From Octopus vulgaris (taxonomy: Eukaryota), in NCBI GenBank assembly GCA_951406725.2, contig OX597826.1:63736001-63800000 (forward strand): a DNA stretch of 64,000 nucleotides, in the 5' to 3' direction. The position numbers and the translations under genes were made by a program. A model generated the notes under the pieces. The model was not told where the DNA came from. It searched no databases and was given only the letters and a program-made list of their open reading frames with translations. Shown piece after piece: positions 11,096-25,478 of this stretch (position 1 is its first letter; every line of letters starts with the position of its first letter).

Positions 11096-13285
11096 AACTA
11101 CAAGTAGAAAAAACAAAGGTGAGCACTGTCTCCTTTCAGTGTCTTAGTCTATTTGTCTCTCATATTACAAAGCCTTCTAATAATTTTTCACTTATAATCT
11201 TATATGTGGTATACATCACATGATTAGATATATCTTTCTCGTTTTCCAAGTACAGTTGTTTATATTAAAAAATAGAAATCTAATTGTAATTCTCTACTAT
11301 GAAACAAAAGAGAGAAAGACATCACTGTTTCTGGAATAAATGCAATACCATTACTGGAGTACAACAGAACTTAAGAGTAAGCATTAATGAAATAATCTTC
11401 TAGCAAAACAGTATAAAATGTGAGTGTGTATGGATGTACATAAGTGAATGTATGTGTTTGTCTGTGAGTGTATATACATGTGCAATGAGATTAAATGGAA
11501 TCACGTGCAAATACTATAAATTACATCTTTATTAAAATTCACTTGATTGAAAGAGATTAGCTTTTCGTGTATCAGTAAACACATGCAATCCCACCAGTTT
11601 CAACAGAGCTTAGAATTGAGTGCATGCACGTACATCTATAGTTTGAGGTGGAGTTTGAATATTGTATCATCATTATTTTAATGCTCACCCTTACATGCTT
11701 GCATGGATCAAATGAAATTTATTGAGGCTGATTTTCAATGGCTGGATGGCCTTCTATACCTGTTTATACAAGGTAATATTTTCCCATAACCAGACACATT
11801 TTTCACAGAATATTGGAAATGAAAGGCATTCATTTACAACAATCACATGATGAGAAATTAAGGAGACACACACACACACACATATATACGTATATGATGA
11901 CAGGCTTCTTTCAGGTTCTGTCTATGAAATCTGCTCACAAGGCTTTGGTCGGCCTAAGGCTATAGTAGAAGACACTTGCCCAGGGTACCAGGAAGTGAGA
12001 GTGAACCTGAAACCATGTGGCTGGGGAGTAAACTTCTTAACCACAGAACCCTGCCTGCACCTACAAGTGTACTTTTTTTTACATTTAGTCAAGAAGAGAA
12101 GCACTTCTGCTTTTTCCGCCTTTTTTTAAGACTCTATAGACAGGTGAGATGAAGGATGAAAGTTATCTTCAAACAGGAGTCGAAACCCAGATGCTTACAA
12201 CACAGTAAAACTCTACCAAATATACTTAAGGACAGGTAATGGTATGAAAATAGAAGACAGATTACATCTTCCACCCAAGAATTCAAAAAGTAAACAACCA
12301 GAAGAAATATCACAATGCATCTCACCTGATGTATGAATAATTGTGCCAAGTCACAACCCTGGACAATTCTAAGAGAATAAAAAGCAAAGTTGATGTTGGC
12401 AGAATTTGAACTCAGAATGCAGAAAGCCAGAAAAAATATTCTTTTCTACTCTAGGCATGAGCCCTGAAATTTTGGGGCAGGGGGCCAGTCAATTAGATCA
12501 ACCCCAGTATGCAACTGGTACCTAATTTATTGACCCCGAAAGGATGAAATGCAAAGTCAACCTTGACGGAGTTTGAACTCAGAACGTAAAAGCCAGAACA
12601 TTGCAAAGCAATATGTCCTACACTCTAATGGTTCTGCCAATTTGCTATTTATATACATCATGCTCATCATCATCATCATTTTAATGCCCTCTTTACTATG
12701 CTTGCATGGGTCAGACAGTATTTGCTGAGGCAGATATTCTATGGCTGAATGCCTTTCCTGTCACTAACCCTCACCTGTTTTCAAGCAAGATAATATTGCC
12801 CAGGTCTGTCAAACAATAAATAGTCCAAGTTACAAATCCATTTTTTCTTTTCATTGTTGTACAATGATCATCCAATATGTCAAGAGATCTCAAAAAGCTT
12901 GAACGTGCTTTCAGTTGACTGAAAACATACAACGGTGCCTGTACTTGATTAAAAAAGATGTTGTTTTGTTTACAGTCAGGAAATGCATGTCAAAACAAAC
13001 TAAGGGAAAATATGAAATCCTTTTCACACACACATATTGATATTTAGTACACTATACACCTGTAAAGGCAAAGTTAATTTGATGGCAGGTGTAAGCAAGT
13101 ATACAGCACTAAAAACTGATCACTATAAACGAATCATCTCTGTAGGTTGTTTGGCAAAAATTATGGTATCCTCATCTGTCATTTATGACAGGAAGGTCCA
13201 ACACACACACGTGTGTGTATGTGTCTACTAATTTCACTCACAAAGTATTGGTCATTTCACAGAATGTTAACCAATAATGCTCATA

Positions 13286-13453
13286 GGCGCAGGAATGGCT
13301 GTGTAAGTAGCTTGCTAACCAACCACATGGTTCCGGGTTCAGTCCCACTGCATGGCATCTTGGGCAAGTGTCTTCTGCTATAGCCCCAGGCCGACCAATG
13401 CCTTGTGAGTGGATTTGGTAGACGGAAACTGAAAGAAGCCTGTCGTATATATG

Positions 13454-13493
<40 letters not shown>

Positions 13494-13700
13494 TGTGTCT
13501 GTGTTTGTCCCCCTAGCATTGCTTGACAACCGATGCTGGTGTGTTTACGTCCCCGTTACTTAGTGGTTCGGCAAAAGAGACTGATAGAATAAGTACTGGG
13601 CTTACAAAAGAATAAGTCCTGGGGTCGATTTGCTCAACTAAAGGCGGTGCTCCAGCATGGCCGCAGTCAAATGACTGAAACAAGTAAAAGAGTAAAGAGT
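13286..13700 (+). mobile_element. tRNA-derived SINE (family A), full length and little diverged
   Basis: A/B-box head (tggctgtg..ggttcagtccc), body, central (TA)n(TG)n linker and 3' domain ending gtaaaagagtaaagag. Many partial copies (about 3290-3700, 4115, 4690, 11890, 17965, 20215, 23360, 33990, 44450, 45165). Confidence 0.9.
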
Positions 13701-15934
13701 ATACAGTGGGATTGATGGCTAACATCGAACCCCTTACCATATTGCTCCAAAGCTAACTGCTTAACTACCCAGCCATATACAATTCCTAAGAATGGTTTAT
13801 ACTAATATGAATACAGCTTTCATAGTCCTGTGACTTAACAGCTATCAGTGACAGTAAATTATGCTGATAAAACCACCACAAAACAAGAGAATATAGAAGG
13901 ATGAAATGCAAAAAGAGGAGATGATAATAATAACTCCATAATATGAAAGACGTACATAAAATATGAAAACTGTTAATGCGAACTAACAAATTCTTAACCA
14001 GTTAACATATTTTTGTCCAATCAGAGACTTGCATAATATCCATAATATATATATAGCTATGTTCAAGTGCCAATTGAACTGGTATAATTCAAACAGTTTG
14101 GTACATCCAGACAGCAGTCATTAACAATAAAAGTAAATTTTCTTCATTTTGAAAGTCTGTAGCTTCCCAAGGTGTTTGCATCATCATAATCTAATGTCTG
14201 TTTTCCATATTGGCATGGGTTTGGATGGTCTGACAGGAGGAAAGAGCAAGCTACAAGGTTGTGCTGAGCTCCAGTGTCAGCTGTAGCATTGGTTCTATGC
14301 CTGGATGTCCTTCCTAATATGAACCACCTTGCAGTGTGTATTGGGGGCTTTTGCATGGTACCAGCATTAGTGAGATTGCCAAGTAAATTGAAAGACAGAA
14401 AAAGAACAGGGGGGGAAAAAGGTAGAAACCTCCTACTAAGTGGGGAGAGTATTTGAGAAGGGAAGGTGGACTTGCACCAGGTGTTGAAAGGCAAAAGTAT
14501 GATAGAGAGACCAGCAGTGGTGAATTAAACTACAGAGGCATGATATGTAAATAACCTATAGAGGACTGTTTGTTATTAGAGCAGTTCTTTGGAAAATTTC
14601 TCCCCTCCCTCTTTCTTTTGTAGTGCTTAAAACTAAAGTAATGTTACATTTAAATAGCAATGGAATGTGAAAGTGATTGGAAATGCTACATTGTGATGGT
14701 TAGCTTCCAACAAACTGATCAATATTACACGTTTGATTTCTAGTTTGAACCATTTTCACACAATTTGCTGCCTGTACCAGTGGTTTTTCATTTCATAATC
14801 AACAGAAATATCTCTCTTCTGCTTAATGCTCTGGAAAATTTAAGATAAAGAACAGACCTTTGGATTCTTGCGGCATAGATTACTTTTCGGTTTTTCATCT
14901 GCTTATGTATCTAAAGTAAAAGTGTGTCCCCATATGTGTGTGTACGTATATTTGTAGTTGTACACATACACAATTATAAGTAAAAACAAAGGTTAAAATG
15001 TATGTTTGTGTGTGTACGTACATATGTAATTATACACACACATGCTTATAAGTGAAAAATAAAGTATTAAATGTATATATGTGTGTATGAATGTGCGTTT
15101 GTGTTCTCTCTTTCATAAATTCCTTTTGTCCATTTTGTGTATTATCCATGCTTGCAGAAATCTAATACAAATTATTGAGGTAGTCTTTTTAACAGTCATA
15201 TGCCCTTCCTGTCACTCAAGCCTAACCTGTTTTTCTGAAAAGGGATCTCTTATACCACATGTTTTCATAAGTGCAGATGTAGTGGATGGTTTGTTGACAG
15301 GGAAATGTAAACAAACATTACTGTTTGGAGCTCAGTACCTATTTTCATGCAAAGCACAGAATGTAAACATTTACACACACAAACACAGACATATGCTTAC
15401 AAAAATGCTTAGCTATCACTTGTATGTGAATATGACTGTGAAGCTTGTACCATGCTTTCATATGATCTTTTAGGTGCCCGTGTAGTCAGAAGTAGATGGC
15501 CATCTCTTTGATATTCTTACTTTTGACTCAGTGAAACATGAAGGCTGTGACAGGTGGACAGAGAGGGCATTGCACCAGCAGTCAGTTGGTACTCATTTCC
15601 AGCAGAGTAGACTGGAGCAACATGAAGAGCCTTGCTGAAGGTCATGATGCATTGCCTTGTCCAGGAATTGAACTGGTTAAATCACATTCATGAACTCGGT
15701 ACCTAATTACTACACTTTGTGCATAATGGGGTTCTAGGCAAACCAGGCAATGAACTCAGCAGCACTCGAGCATGAAATTGGGTAACAAAGTACTCAGAGG
15801 AATACTGAAGAAACATCCTTCCTGGAATGTACTGTGTGATTTCTTGCAGATCAATACCTCAATATTTATTCTTATCATTAGTATTATTAAGGCACTAGTT
15901 TCAGCTGTACATATTCTAAAATTGGAACTATACA

Positions 15935-16730
15935 GAAGATTATTATTATTATTATTATTATTATTCAAAAAACAAAATGTTTAGCAGCATTTCATTCATC
16001 TTCATGTTCTGAGTTCAAATTCTACTGAGATCAACTTTGCCTTTCATTCTTTCAGGGTCAATAAATTAAGTACCAGTTAAACACTGGGGTTGATGTAATC
16101 AACTATCTCCCTTCCCCAAAATTTCAGGCCTTGTGTCTATAGTAGAAAGGATTATTATTATCATCATCATTATTATTATTATTAATTATTATTATTATTA
16201 AGGCGGTGAGCTGGCAGAATCATTAGCAAGCCAGGTGAAATGCTTAGCAGTATTTCCTTGTCTTTATGTACAGAGTTCAAATTCCGCCAAGGTTGACTTG
16301 GCCTTTCATCCTTTCAGGGTCGACGATAAATTAAGTTGCATCCGTCCAACCCATGCTAGCATGGAAAATGGGTATTAAACGATGATGATGATGATGATGA
16401 TGATGATGACTGGGGTCAATCTAATCAGCTGCCCCCACCCCCTGCCACATCAAAATTTCAGGCCTTATGCCTATAGCGGAAAGGATTATTATTGTTATTA
16501 TATACACAAAGGTCATGTGTTGGCAGAACTGTTGGCATGCTAGGCAAAATGCTTAACAGCGTTTCATCTTTCATCACATTCTGAATTCAAATTCCACTAA
16601 ACTCAACTTTGCGTTTCATCCTTACAGGATCAACTGAATGAGTGCCAGTTGCATACAGGGGTTCATGTAAATGACTAGCCCCCTCCCCACAAATTTCAGG
16701 CCTTGTGCCTATAGTAGAAAAGGTTATTAT
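15935..16730 (+). mobile_element. Head-to-tail array of three family-B SINEs separated by (TTA)n, with a nested (GAT)n-tailed fragment at about 16340-16409
   Basis: Repeated ggcggtgagctggcagaa..ttctgagttcaaattcc..gcctttcatcctttcagggtcgataaattaagtaccag..tagaaaggattatt. Confidence 0.85.
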
Positions 16731-17494
16731 ATGCAGACACACGACGGGCTGTGTATTGCTTCCTTCTACCAAATTCAATCGCAAATCATTGGGTGGCCCA
16801 GAGCTATAGTAGAAGACATTTGCCTAAGGTTCCACATAATGGAACTGAGCCTGGAACCACATGCTTGAGAAGTGAACTTCTTAACCTCACAGCTGTGCCT
16901 GCCATATAACTGTTTTAGTCAGAAGGGACAGGATGGTGGTCATAACTCTTTAAGACCCACAAACTATGCTGCAGTAGAGAAGGTATTTCCAGAGCAGAGA
17001 ACTAATTTCAGTTTTCCAGTTTTTATCAAGCTTCACATTCTATTCTATGAAATAAAAAATAAAAAATGGCAATAATCTTAATTTATGTTCTAGTATAAAT
17101 CTTTATTTTTCAAAATGCCATTTTCAGCTTCCTTTGATTTAATGGTTTAAAGAATAAGGAAATACAGTCGTTGCTCTTTGCACAAAGATGACAGAAGACA
17201 TTAATTTTAAAAAAAGATTCCTAGTTTTAAACATACATAAAAAATCTTTTTATAAAATATACGTACAGCACAAAGATAATTTTAATAGCTTCACAGACTG
17301 ATTTCAAAAGGACAGGATGAATTTATCTGCTGAAAGAAAGAAGCATTTTGATGCATATTGCAATTGTTCCAAGTAAAGAAATAACTCTTTACATTTATGG
17401 CACTTGTGGTAATAAGGGACTAGTATAACAACTTTCATTTTGTACTGAATGATCATTTTTAACACGTCCACACATGTATATGCATGCACACAGT

Positions 17495-17790
17495 GAAGGC
17501 ACATGGCTTAGTGGTTAGGTGTACCCAGCTCTTGATCAATAAGGCTGTGAGTTTGATACCCAACGGTGCACTGTGTCCTTGAGCAAGACATTTTATTTCA
17601 CATTGTTCTGGTCCACTCAGCTGGCAAAAATGAGTAGTATCTATATTTCAAAGGGTCATTCTGTGTCACACTCAATCTCCCTAAGAACTACGTTAAGGCT
17701 ACCCATGTTTGTGGAGAGGTCAGCCACTTGCATCTTAATTTCACAAGCAAGCTGCTTCGTTGATCAGATCAACTGGAACACTATAGTTGT
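17495..17790 (+). mobile_element. tRNA-derived SINE (family D-type head)
   Basis: ggcacatggcttagtggttagg..gtgtccttgagcaagaca..gtccactcagctggcaaaaatgagta. Confidence 0.7.
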
Positions 17791-19152
17791 AACTACCATG
17801 CACACACACACACACATGCAAGCACACACACATGCAAGCACACACACACACACACACACACACGCACATAAGAGTGCCTAACAACACACTACTACCAGAA
17901 CCATGATTTGGGTATGCATACACACGCACACTCACAGCAATAACAAAATTTAAAAAAACTTATAGGAGTGGTTGTGTGGTAAATAGCTTGCTTACCAACC
18001 ACATGGTTCCGGGTTCAGTCCCACTGTGTGGTACTTTGGGCAAGTGTCTAGGACTGGATGCCCTTTCTGCCACCAACCCTCACCTGTTTCCATGCATGAT
18101 AATATTTCCCCATGGCCAGACATGTTTTCCACAGAAAACTGGAAACAAGCGACACTGCTTGTATAACAGTGATGCTTGTTTACAACCATCAGGTGATGTC
18201 AAGACTTGGATACACACAAAACACACATATGTAAACAAATGCCTGTGATAAAATATGAATAAGTTGAGCACTGATAGATACGCTACTTGCTCTTTGGGTC
18301 ACTGCAGTGAATTTACAGTATTTACACAAACTAAACTTTGCTGAGCCAACAAGAGAGTTTCTACATGGTTATTTGATCTGCTAGAAATAGCAGCCAAATC
18401 TTGAATCATACTCATCCATCGTAAAAGAAAGAAAGAAAGATTAGAAAAATAGTCTAAGCTGTTTCTGAAAGGACAAGACTATCATGGCTAGACTGCCTTT
18501 GATCATAGGTCCACTCAATTAGGATTAACATGGGACTAAAACTACTAATCCTTGTGTCTTCAGTAGTAGCTTAGAAGTTGATTTGTTATTCTAATTAAGT
18601 AAATGGATTACAGCAGAAGCTCATGTCATGAAGGAATAGTTAGATATTGATGAAACAGTATAAGGTAAAGTTGTTTCACCTCATTTATGAAAAACAAAAA
18701 ATACCCCCCCCCCCCCCAAAAAAAAACAAACAGCGTGCCTTATATTTTAAAAAAGCCTTAGATTCTCTCCTTTGTAAGGATTTACAGATAAAACACTCTT
18801 TTAATGAAAATCACTTATCAAAAACAAAACATGCCTTACCTAATATTCAACCTTTGTATAAACAATTAACAAAAAAAAAACAATTAAAGAATACAGTATA
18901 TTAATTTACTGGTTTTGCTTAATCTTTCCAACTAGATACTTCAGGCAGTGTTTTAGCAGGTGTGTGTGTGTGTGTGTGTGTGTGTGTTCGTTTGTCCCCT
19001 ACTATTGCTTGACAACTGGTGTTGATCTGCTTATGTTTGACATAGCAGTTTGACATAAGAGTCCAGTTAAAAAAAAAAAATTAAGCAATGGGGTCAATTC
19101 ATTTGGTCAAAACTCATCAAAGAGGTGCCCCAGCATGGGCACAGTCCAATGG

Positions 19153-19378
19153 CTGAAACAAATAAAAAAACAATAAATGAAAGATATTGTTATACCTCAA
19201 GCAAGGCATTGAAGTTTTCTAAGAACAATTAGCTGGAGTGAGAGTGAGACTGTTAATGATGATGATGATGACGAACTGGTCTCACTCTCACTCCAGCTAA
19301 TTGTTCTTCGAGAATTTCAATGCCTTGTTCAGAGCATAACAATATCTTTCCTCTATCTTTTTTTTTTTTTTGTTTCAG
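19153..19378. repeat. Long fold-back inverted repeat with a 30-bp perfect inner stem
   Basis: 19221-19250 pairs perfectly with 19279-19308; imperfect pairing extends to about 19153/19378; 28-nt loop containing (GAT)n. Confidence 0.9.
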
Positions 19379-20620
19379 GAGCATTAAACAATTTAGAAAA
19401 TACAGAGACAACTAAAGGCTTTCTGACAGAGAAACCAAATTATCTCATACTTTAAGATAAATAATGGATGATTGAATAAATGTATGAAAGCCTGAATGAA
19501 AACAAAAAATCAATTTTTGTTCTCCTTCAAATCAAACCAACAGTGAAGTTGATCAACTCTTTAACAATTTTGCTACTATAATTCTAGTGATACACGAACT
19601 ACGAATTCCAATTAATTTTTTAAATAATGAAGAATTTGATGGAATTTAGCGAAATAACATTTTCAATTACCAATTTGGTGTTTGAAAACAGAAGGCTTAA
19701 ATATAGACACCTTATTACAAGAAGTTTTCTATCACAGAACCAGAGGGATTTTTAGATAGCTTGGTATCAAAAGGATTACGATAACAGATAATATAATTCT
19801 TTACATAATTGCTTTCTTTTTTTCATTTTTTGTCCTTTTTTCCAATAGAGCTCACAGCAAAAGACTAGATAGAACATTTAAATCACAGCCTGCATGCTGT
19901 TAAAATTATTTCAATTATCCCAACAGCTCTTTTAACCAATCTATCATTTTGCTTTCACTTCCATGCTATGTTTACTTTAACCCTTGGTCTACCAGAGAAA
20001 ATGTATGTCACTAATCACCAACTTGGTCCAATGGACCCAATATTTTTCTTGTAATTAAATTTTATTCAAACTACCACTATTTCTTAGCTACATTATATAT
20101 GCTATCAGGTGAATGAAAAATTGTTTCTCACAAATTTTAATAAAAAAAATACAGCTTCCAGAATAAAGTATAAATTTTAAAAATTACAAAAATACAGAAT
20201 TACTTGCACACATATGACGGACATCTTTCAGCTTCTATCTACTAAATCAACTTTGATCAGTCCAGGGCTATAGTAAAAAAAGACTTGTCCAAGGTGCCAC
20301 ACAATGGGACTGAAATCAAAGCAATGTGGTTGGGAAGCAAATTTCTTAATCATACAGCCACACCTGCAGTTTTGCCTGATGAACAAAATTTTACCAAGAT
20401 TCTCCAGCAAGGTGATGAAAGGCAGTGTCCATAGTTGTACTCTGAGCCAATGTAGAGGAAAACAGTGTCTATAGACTATAACTTAGTTAAGTCAGATAAA
20501 TATGATTAATGTAGAGAAACCTGAAATTTTTCCTCCTAAGACCAAAATATATACTAGGAGAGAGAGAAAGAGTTTCAAGGAATGCAAGTCTTGAGAGAGA
20601 GAGTTTTGAGAAAATGGTTT

Positions 20621-20659
20621 GCTGGCTATAGACACACTTTCTGTGTGTCTATAGCCAGC
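20621..20659. repeat. Perfect 17-bp stem, 5-nt loop hairpin
   Basis: gctggctatagacacac-tttct-gtgtgtctatagccagc. Confidence 0.9.
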
Positions 20660-21063
20660 TGGAGGAGGTGTCCTCCTGGGGCTACAAACTACAGTAGCAT
20701 CCACCCTTAGGGGTTAGCCATATTTAAATGGCAAATATACGTCACAATGTGTTGTAGCTACTGTTTATAACTCGCTCTGAGATTTATTATTGGTTAGTTC
20801 TGAGTTAAGTAGATAAAACACAGCTGGATTAAAAGAAGGAGACAGATGGTAATACAAATAGATTTAGTAAGTGATGGTAAATACAGTCCAGCAAGTTCAG
20901 AGAAGTAAATGTAGTAGTAGCTATAGTAGGAGCAGTAGCAGGCACTACAGAGAGAGTAAAGATTAATAATGGGTGAGATTAAAAGCATTATTGTGAGTAA
21001 GGCTTTACTTTTTAGGTGGAGAGACATGTTTTGTTTATGATGTGATCCAGAATGTGTGTTGTG

Positions 21064-21168
21064 GGAGTACTACCACAGCTGTATGAGTAATACACCAAGG
21101 AGTACTGCTACAGATGCATGAGTAATACTCCAAGGAGTGCTTCTATGGATATAGGAGAATTACTCCAG
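21064..21168. repeat. 35-bp minisatellite, three diverged units
   Basis: Units resembling ggagtactaccacagctgtatgagtaatacaccaa. Confidence 0.7.
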
Positions 21169-22419
21169 TGGTCCAGTGTATGTTGAACTTTTGCCTTGTT
21201 TAGTATCAAAAGCTGTTTCTATTGTGGTATAGGTTGGAGTAAGTGTCTGTGAACATGACTCTGTGTGTGTGCATGTACATGAACAAGAGTGTATTTCAGC
21301 ATGTAAGTAAGTATGTGAGTGTGAGTATGTGTGAACACCAAAGTGCGATTGTTAACTATAATGGACAAAAATACAAGCAATGTCTGATTATAATCATATT
21401 AGATGGCATAATACATGAGTGTATATATTTATATACATATACACACGTGTGTGTGTGTGTGTGTGTGTGCATAAGAGAGAGAGAGAGAGAGAGCTTTTAT
21501 ATTTGATATTCTGTAGTATTTGGAAATAGGGTGTGCCAAGACAAAATGACTGTTTCAGATTGAAGCACCAAGTCAGCAGTTTTGAGGAGAAGTGTATGTG
21601 TGTGGGATGAGTAAGTCATTACCATCAATCCCAGTTTTTGACTGGCACTTTATTTTATCAACCCTGTAAGGCCGAAAAGCAATGTAGCCCTGGGCAGGAT
21701 TTGACAAAACTTTAACCATTCATGATGTAGACATACAGACACGATTGTCTGCCACATGGTTAATACATAACAACATTGCTCAATTGGTGAATATATTAAC
21801 AGGAAAAACTATCCATCATCACCATCTTTAGACTTTTCAGATTTTATAGGATTAATATATCAAACAGTGAGATGTTTATGCATTTCTAGGTTTTACTTAC
21901 TGTTAGATCTAATGAGCTTTAGCACCAAGAAGGTAGAGTGTAACATGCGAGGAGGCAAAGTCTTTAGAGTTTCATCCTAATAGGCTTACGACCAAGAAGT
22001 AACGAGAGGAAAGCGGTGGTGGTTTGACAAATCCAATGAAAATCAGTGACTTATAGCACATACACAGATTGAGAAGATTAGGTAACAACCACAAGTAAAT
22101 AAACAACTCAACAACAGTGTTATTTTGCAAGGAAACTTGTCTTAGACTGGAAACTTTTAACATTTTGGCATTGGAAAATATAGAAAGCAAAGAATATACA
22201 TTAACTGTCTACAATTTGATACCTCTTTTTCCATATAATTTTAATCCAATATATATGTGTGTGTGCATGTGTGTGTGCGCGTGTGTATGAGGATGTAAGT
22301 GGGATGTGCGTGTGTGTGTGTATAGATTAGAGACACACACACACAGAGTGCACCAAAAGCCAAGCAACTGAATTTCGTATTTGAAAATCGAATTTCAGTC
22401 ATCAAACATCCAGTCAAAA

Positions 22420-22600
22420 TTGATTGGAAAGGCAATGTCAACATCCATAGAAAGCTACTAACACACTTCCAATTCACAGATGGTATCAAGCCCATTGCAG
22501 GAACCACAGATAAGTTGTAAACTATGCTGACAGAACTGGACATGCAGAGTTTAGCAGTAGACCTCAAAATATATCACATGAGAACAAGATGCATGTGGTC
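22420..22600 (+). mobile_element. Decayed RTE-type reverse transcriptase fragment
   Basis: WKGNVNIHRKLLTHFQFTDGIKPIAGTTDKL*TMLTELDMQSLAVDLKI..RTRCM resembles the G.NI.G..L.HLRFADD..LQ.ML.EL...GL.I region. Confidence 0.7.
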
Positions 22601-22849
22601 TAAAAAAACATAGCAACAAGGCTTAAATAGTGATAAGGAGGAACAACGAAATTGAGGAGGTGAAGGAAAATGTGAAGTTTGGGTAAAGATATTTCCCTAT
22701 GGCCAGACATGTTTTTGCAGAATATTGGAAATGAATGACATTCATTTGCTACAATGATGCAATGTCAAGACAAACACAGAGAGAGAGAGAGAGAAAGAGA
22801 TTGATACATCTATACATATACACACACATATATATGTATATTTTTTTTT

Positions 22850-23071
22850 TGCATCCTTTTAAATCCTAACCAGGCTCATGGGCCGGTTTCCCAGTTTCAA
22901 TGATGCCAGTCCATCGCAGTGTTACTCACTTTTGCCAGCTGAGTGGACTGGAGCAATGTGAAATGAAGTGTTTTGCTCAAGAACACAATGCGTCACCCGG
23001 TCCAGGAATCAAAACCACAATCTTACGATCATGATGCTGACACCCTAACCACTAAGCCACGTGCCTCCACA
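22850..23071 (-). mobile_element. tRNA-derived SINE (family D)
   Basis: Reverse complement gtggaggcacgtggcttagtggttagggtg..gatggactggc. Further copies at about 38425-38665, 46750-46935, 28760-28905, 42400-42690 and 50005-50278. Confidence 0.8.
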
Positions 23072-23267
23072 TATCTATGTATGTAGGCAAAACAAAAACA
23101 GGAAAAACAACAAAAGTTAAAAGGACATACCCAGTGAATATATCAGGTCAACACTCAGAGAAAGTTTAAGATGGAAAAAAAAAAGGGGTGTGGCGTTTCG
23201 AGCATGACTCTCTGTCAGAAAGAGGAAAAAAGTTCAGAGAGAAGGAAAAGACTAGTCCGAGAAAAGC

Positions 23268-23332
<65 letters not shown>

Positions 23333-23711
23333 ACAGGCTTCAAGTATCCAAAGTCAACCACAGTCATTCCAACCGAAGTCATTCACAAGACTGTGGTTGA
23401 CCTGGAGCTATAGTAGAAGACACTTGCCCACAATACCATGCAGTTGAACTGAACCTGAAACTTCTTAACCACACACACACACACACTTGCATATATGTAT
23501 GTGCATATATATAGTATTAATAAAACAGGTCGAAACATGTGTTGGACCCAATAAAGTCTATTACACATTCCCTCTCCTATTTTATTAATACTGTTACCCC
23601 AACTGCCACTAACGAAGTTCCTGCAGTTAATCTATGGATAACAACAGGTAATCGAAACTGTGCCGGTGCTTCACTCATCATCCATTTATACATTTTGTAC
23701 AATTTCTCCAC

Positions 23712-23788
<77 letters not shown>

Positions 23789-23913
23789 AAATGTAAAAAA
23801 ATATAAACTGGGACAAGAATGTAAAACATTTAGGAGACGATACTAAAAACACAGACGGGACATTCGAAGCCTTCAATCTTCAGTCAAGAACCGGATTATC
23901 CTTGCAATTTTGG

Positions 23914-23948
<35 letters not shown>

Positions 23949-24081
23949 CATGATCAGCATGACTAACCAGGCTATCAGATGTTGCTACACATTGCTGGTC
24001 ACAATGAGCTTTGCATTGTTTTTTAGCCTTCAAATGATGCCACCCTGCTGGCTAACTAAGCGAGCAGGCCAATATATATAT

Positions 24082-24424
24082 ACCGTTGCCAGCACCGCCC
24101 CGACTGGCCTCGTGCCGATGGCACGTAAAAAGCACCATCCATTCGTGTCCGTTGCCAGCCTCGCCTGGCCCTCGTGCCGGTGGCACATAAAAAGCACCAT
24201 CCGTTCGTGGCTGTTTGCCAGCTCTGTCTGGCACCTGTGCGGGTGGCACGTAAAAAACACCCACTACACTCACGGAGTGGTTGGCGTTAGGAAGGGCATC
24301 CAGCCGTAGAAACACTGCCAGATTTGACTGGGCCTAATGAAGCCTTCTGGCTTCACAGACCCCAGTAGAACCGTCCAACCCATGCTAGCATGGAAAACGA
24401 ACGCTAAACGATGATGATGATGAT
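24082..24424 (+). mobile_element. RTE-associated retroposon with ~60-bp units
   Basis: Same family as 7634-8203. Confidence 0.85.
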
Positions 24425-25425
24425 ATATATGTAAATGAGGAAAGTGTACAGGTTAAGAAGTTTACTTTGCAATCATAAAATCCTGGTTTTGATCCCACTG
24501 TGCAACACCTTGGGCAAGTATCTTCTACGATACCCTTGTGTTGACCCAAGGCTCTGTGAGTGAAATTTGATAATCAGAAACTGTGCGAAAGGGTTGGTGG
24601 TTGGAATGTACATGTAATTCAAAGAACCAGCCTTGTCACTGATTTTAGTTGGGGATTAAGTTTAGGTTACAAGTGTTGGTAGAATTCTTAGTCACTTTAT
24701 AATTTAAGTCTTTAGCATTCAGATTACTCTGTCAAATGTAATTCTTATTTATTCATATTGTTTTGAAGTAATCAAGCATTATCTCATAGCCTTGAGATTT
24801 TGATTATGATGGTTTATTATTAGAATGACACTGAGAGATAGATGTGATAGGCTGGATCTAGCCAGTTTAAACGTAAAACATCTAGAATATGAGATATGGT
24901 TGATTGAAACACTGGAGTTAATACAATCACCAAAAACCAACACAAGTTCTAACTGGTTTTTAAAAGAATGAATAAAAACCATATGAAGAAATTTTTTTTA
25001 AATAAGGAAAAAAGGGAGTAAAATGCAAAAAAAAAAAAGCCTTGGTTAATAAGAAGCTCATTAGGTAAAATGTCACCTATATTTTTGCACAAGACCTTAA
25101 TTATAATTACTCAAAGATTTCTGCCTAATTAAGAAATCATTGCAAATGTATGTTTAATCTTCTAACGAGCCATTTGGCATCTATTAACTGTTATCCCGTT
25201 ATTCTTGCATTATCTTTATTAAAGCCACAACTGTTACTACTACCATCACCACTAGTGGTCCTGCCACTACCACTGTCACTACCAGCACCATAACTACTTC
25301 TATCACTTTCTACTTACCTACAATGACGACTACCACCACCACCACTACCAGTCGTGTTAGTTACCATCATTATCATTATTTAATGTCCATAAATAATTCA
25401 GTAGTGTAAAAAGAAATAACAATTA

Positions 25426-25478
<53 letters not shown>

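Noticed and set aside
13286-13360. tRNA-like sequences here and at many other positions
   Set aside because: SINE heads with A/B boxes, not full cloverleaf tRNA genes.
14858-14910. Phase-0 candidate exon IHKQMKNRKVIYAARIQR on the minus strand
   Set aside because: Weak donor (gtctgt) and no resemblance to the expected MTMR exon 2 (VE.V.L.DR..GTLYLTATHL).
25310-25330. Other AG|GTAAG junctions on the minus strand (here, about 18838 and about 49262)
   Set aside because: No convincing pyrimidine tract or branch point, unlike the 2084 site.
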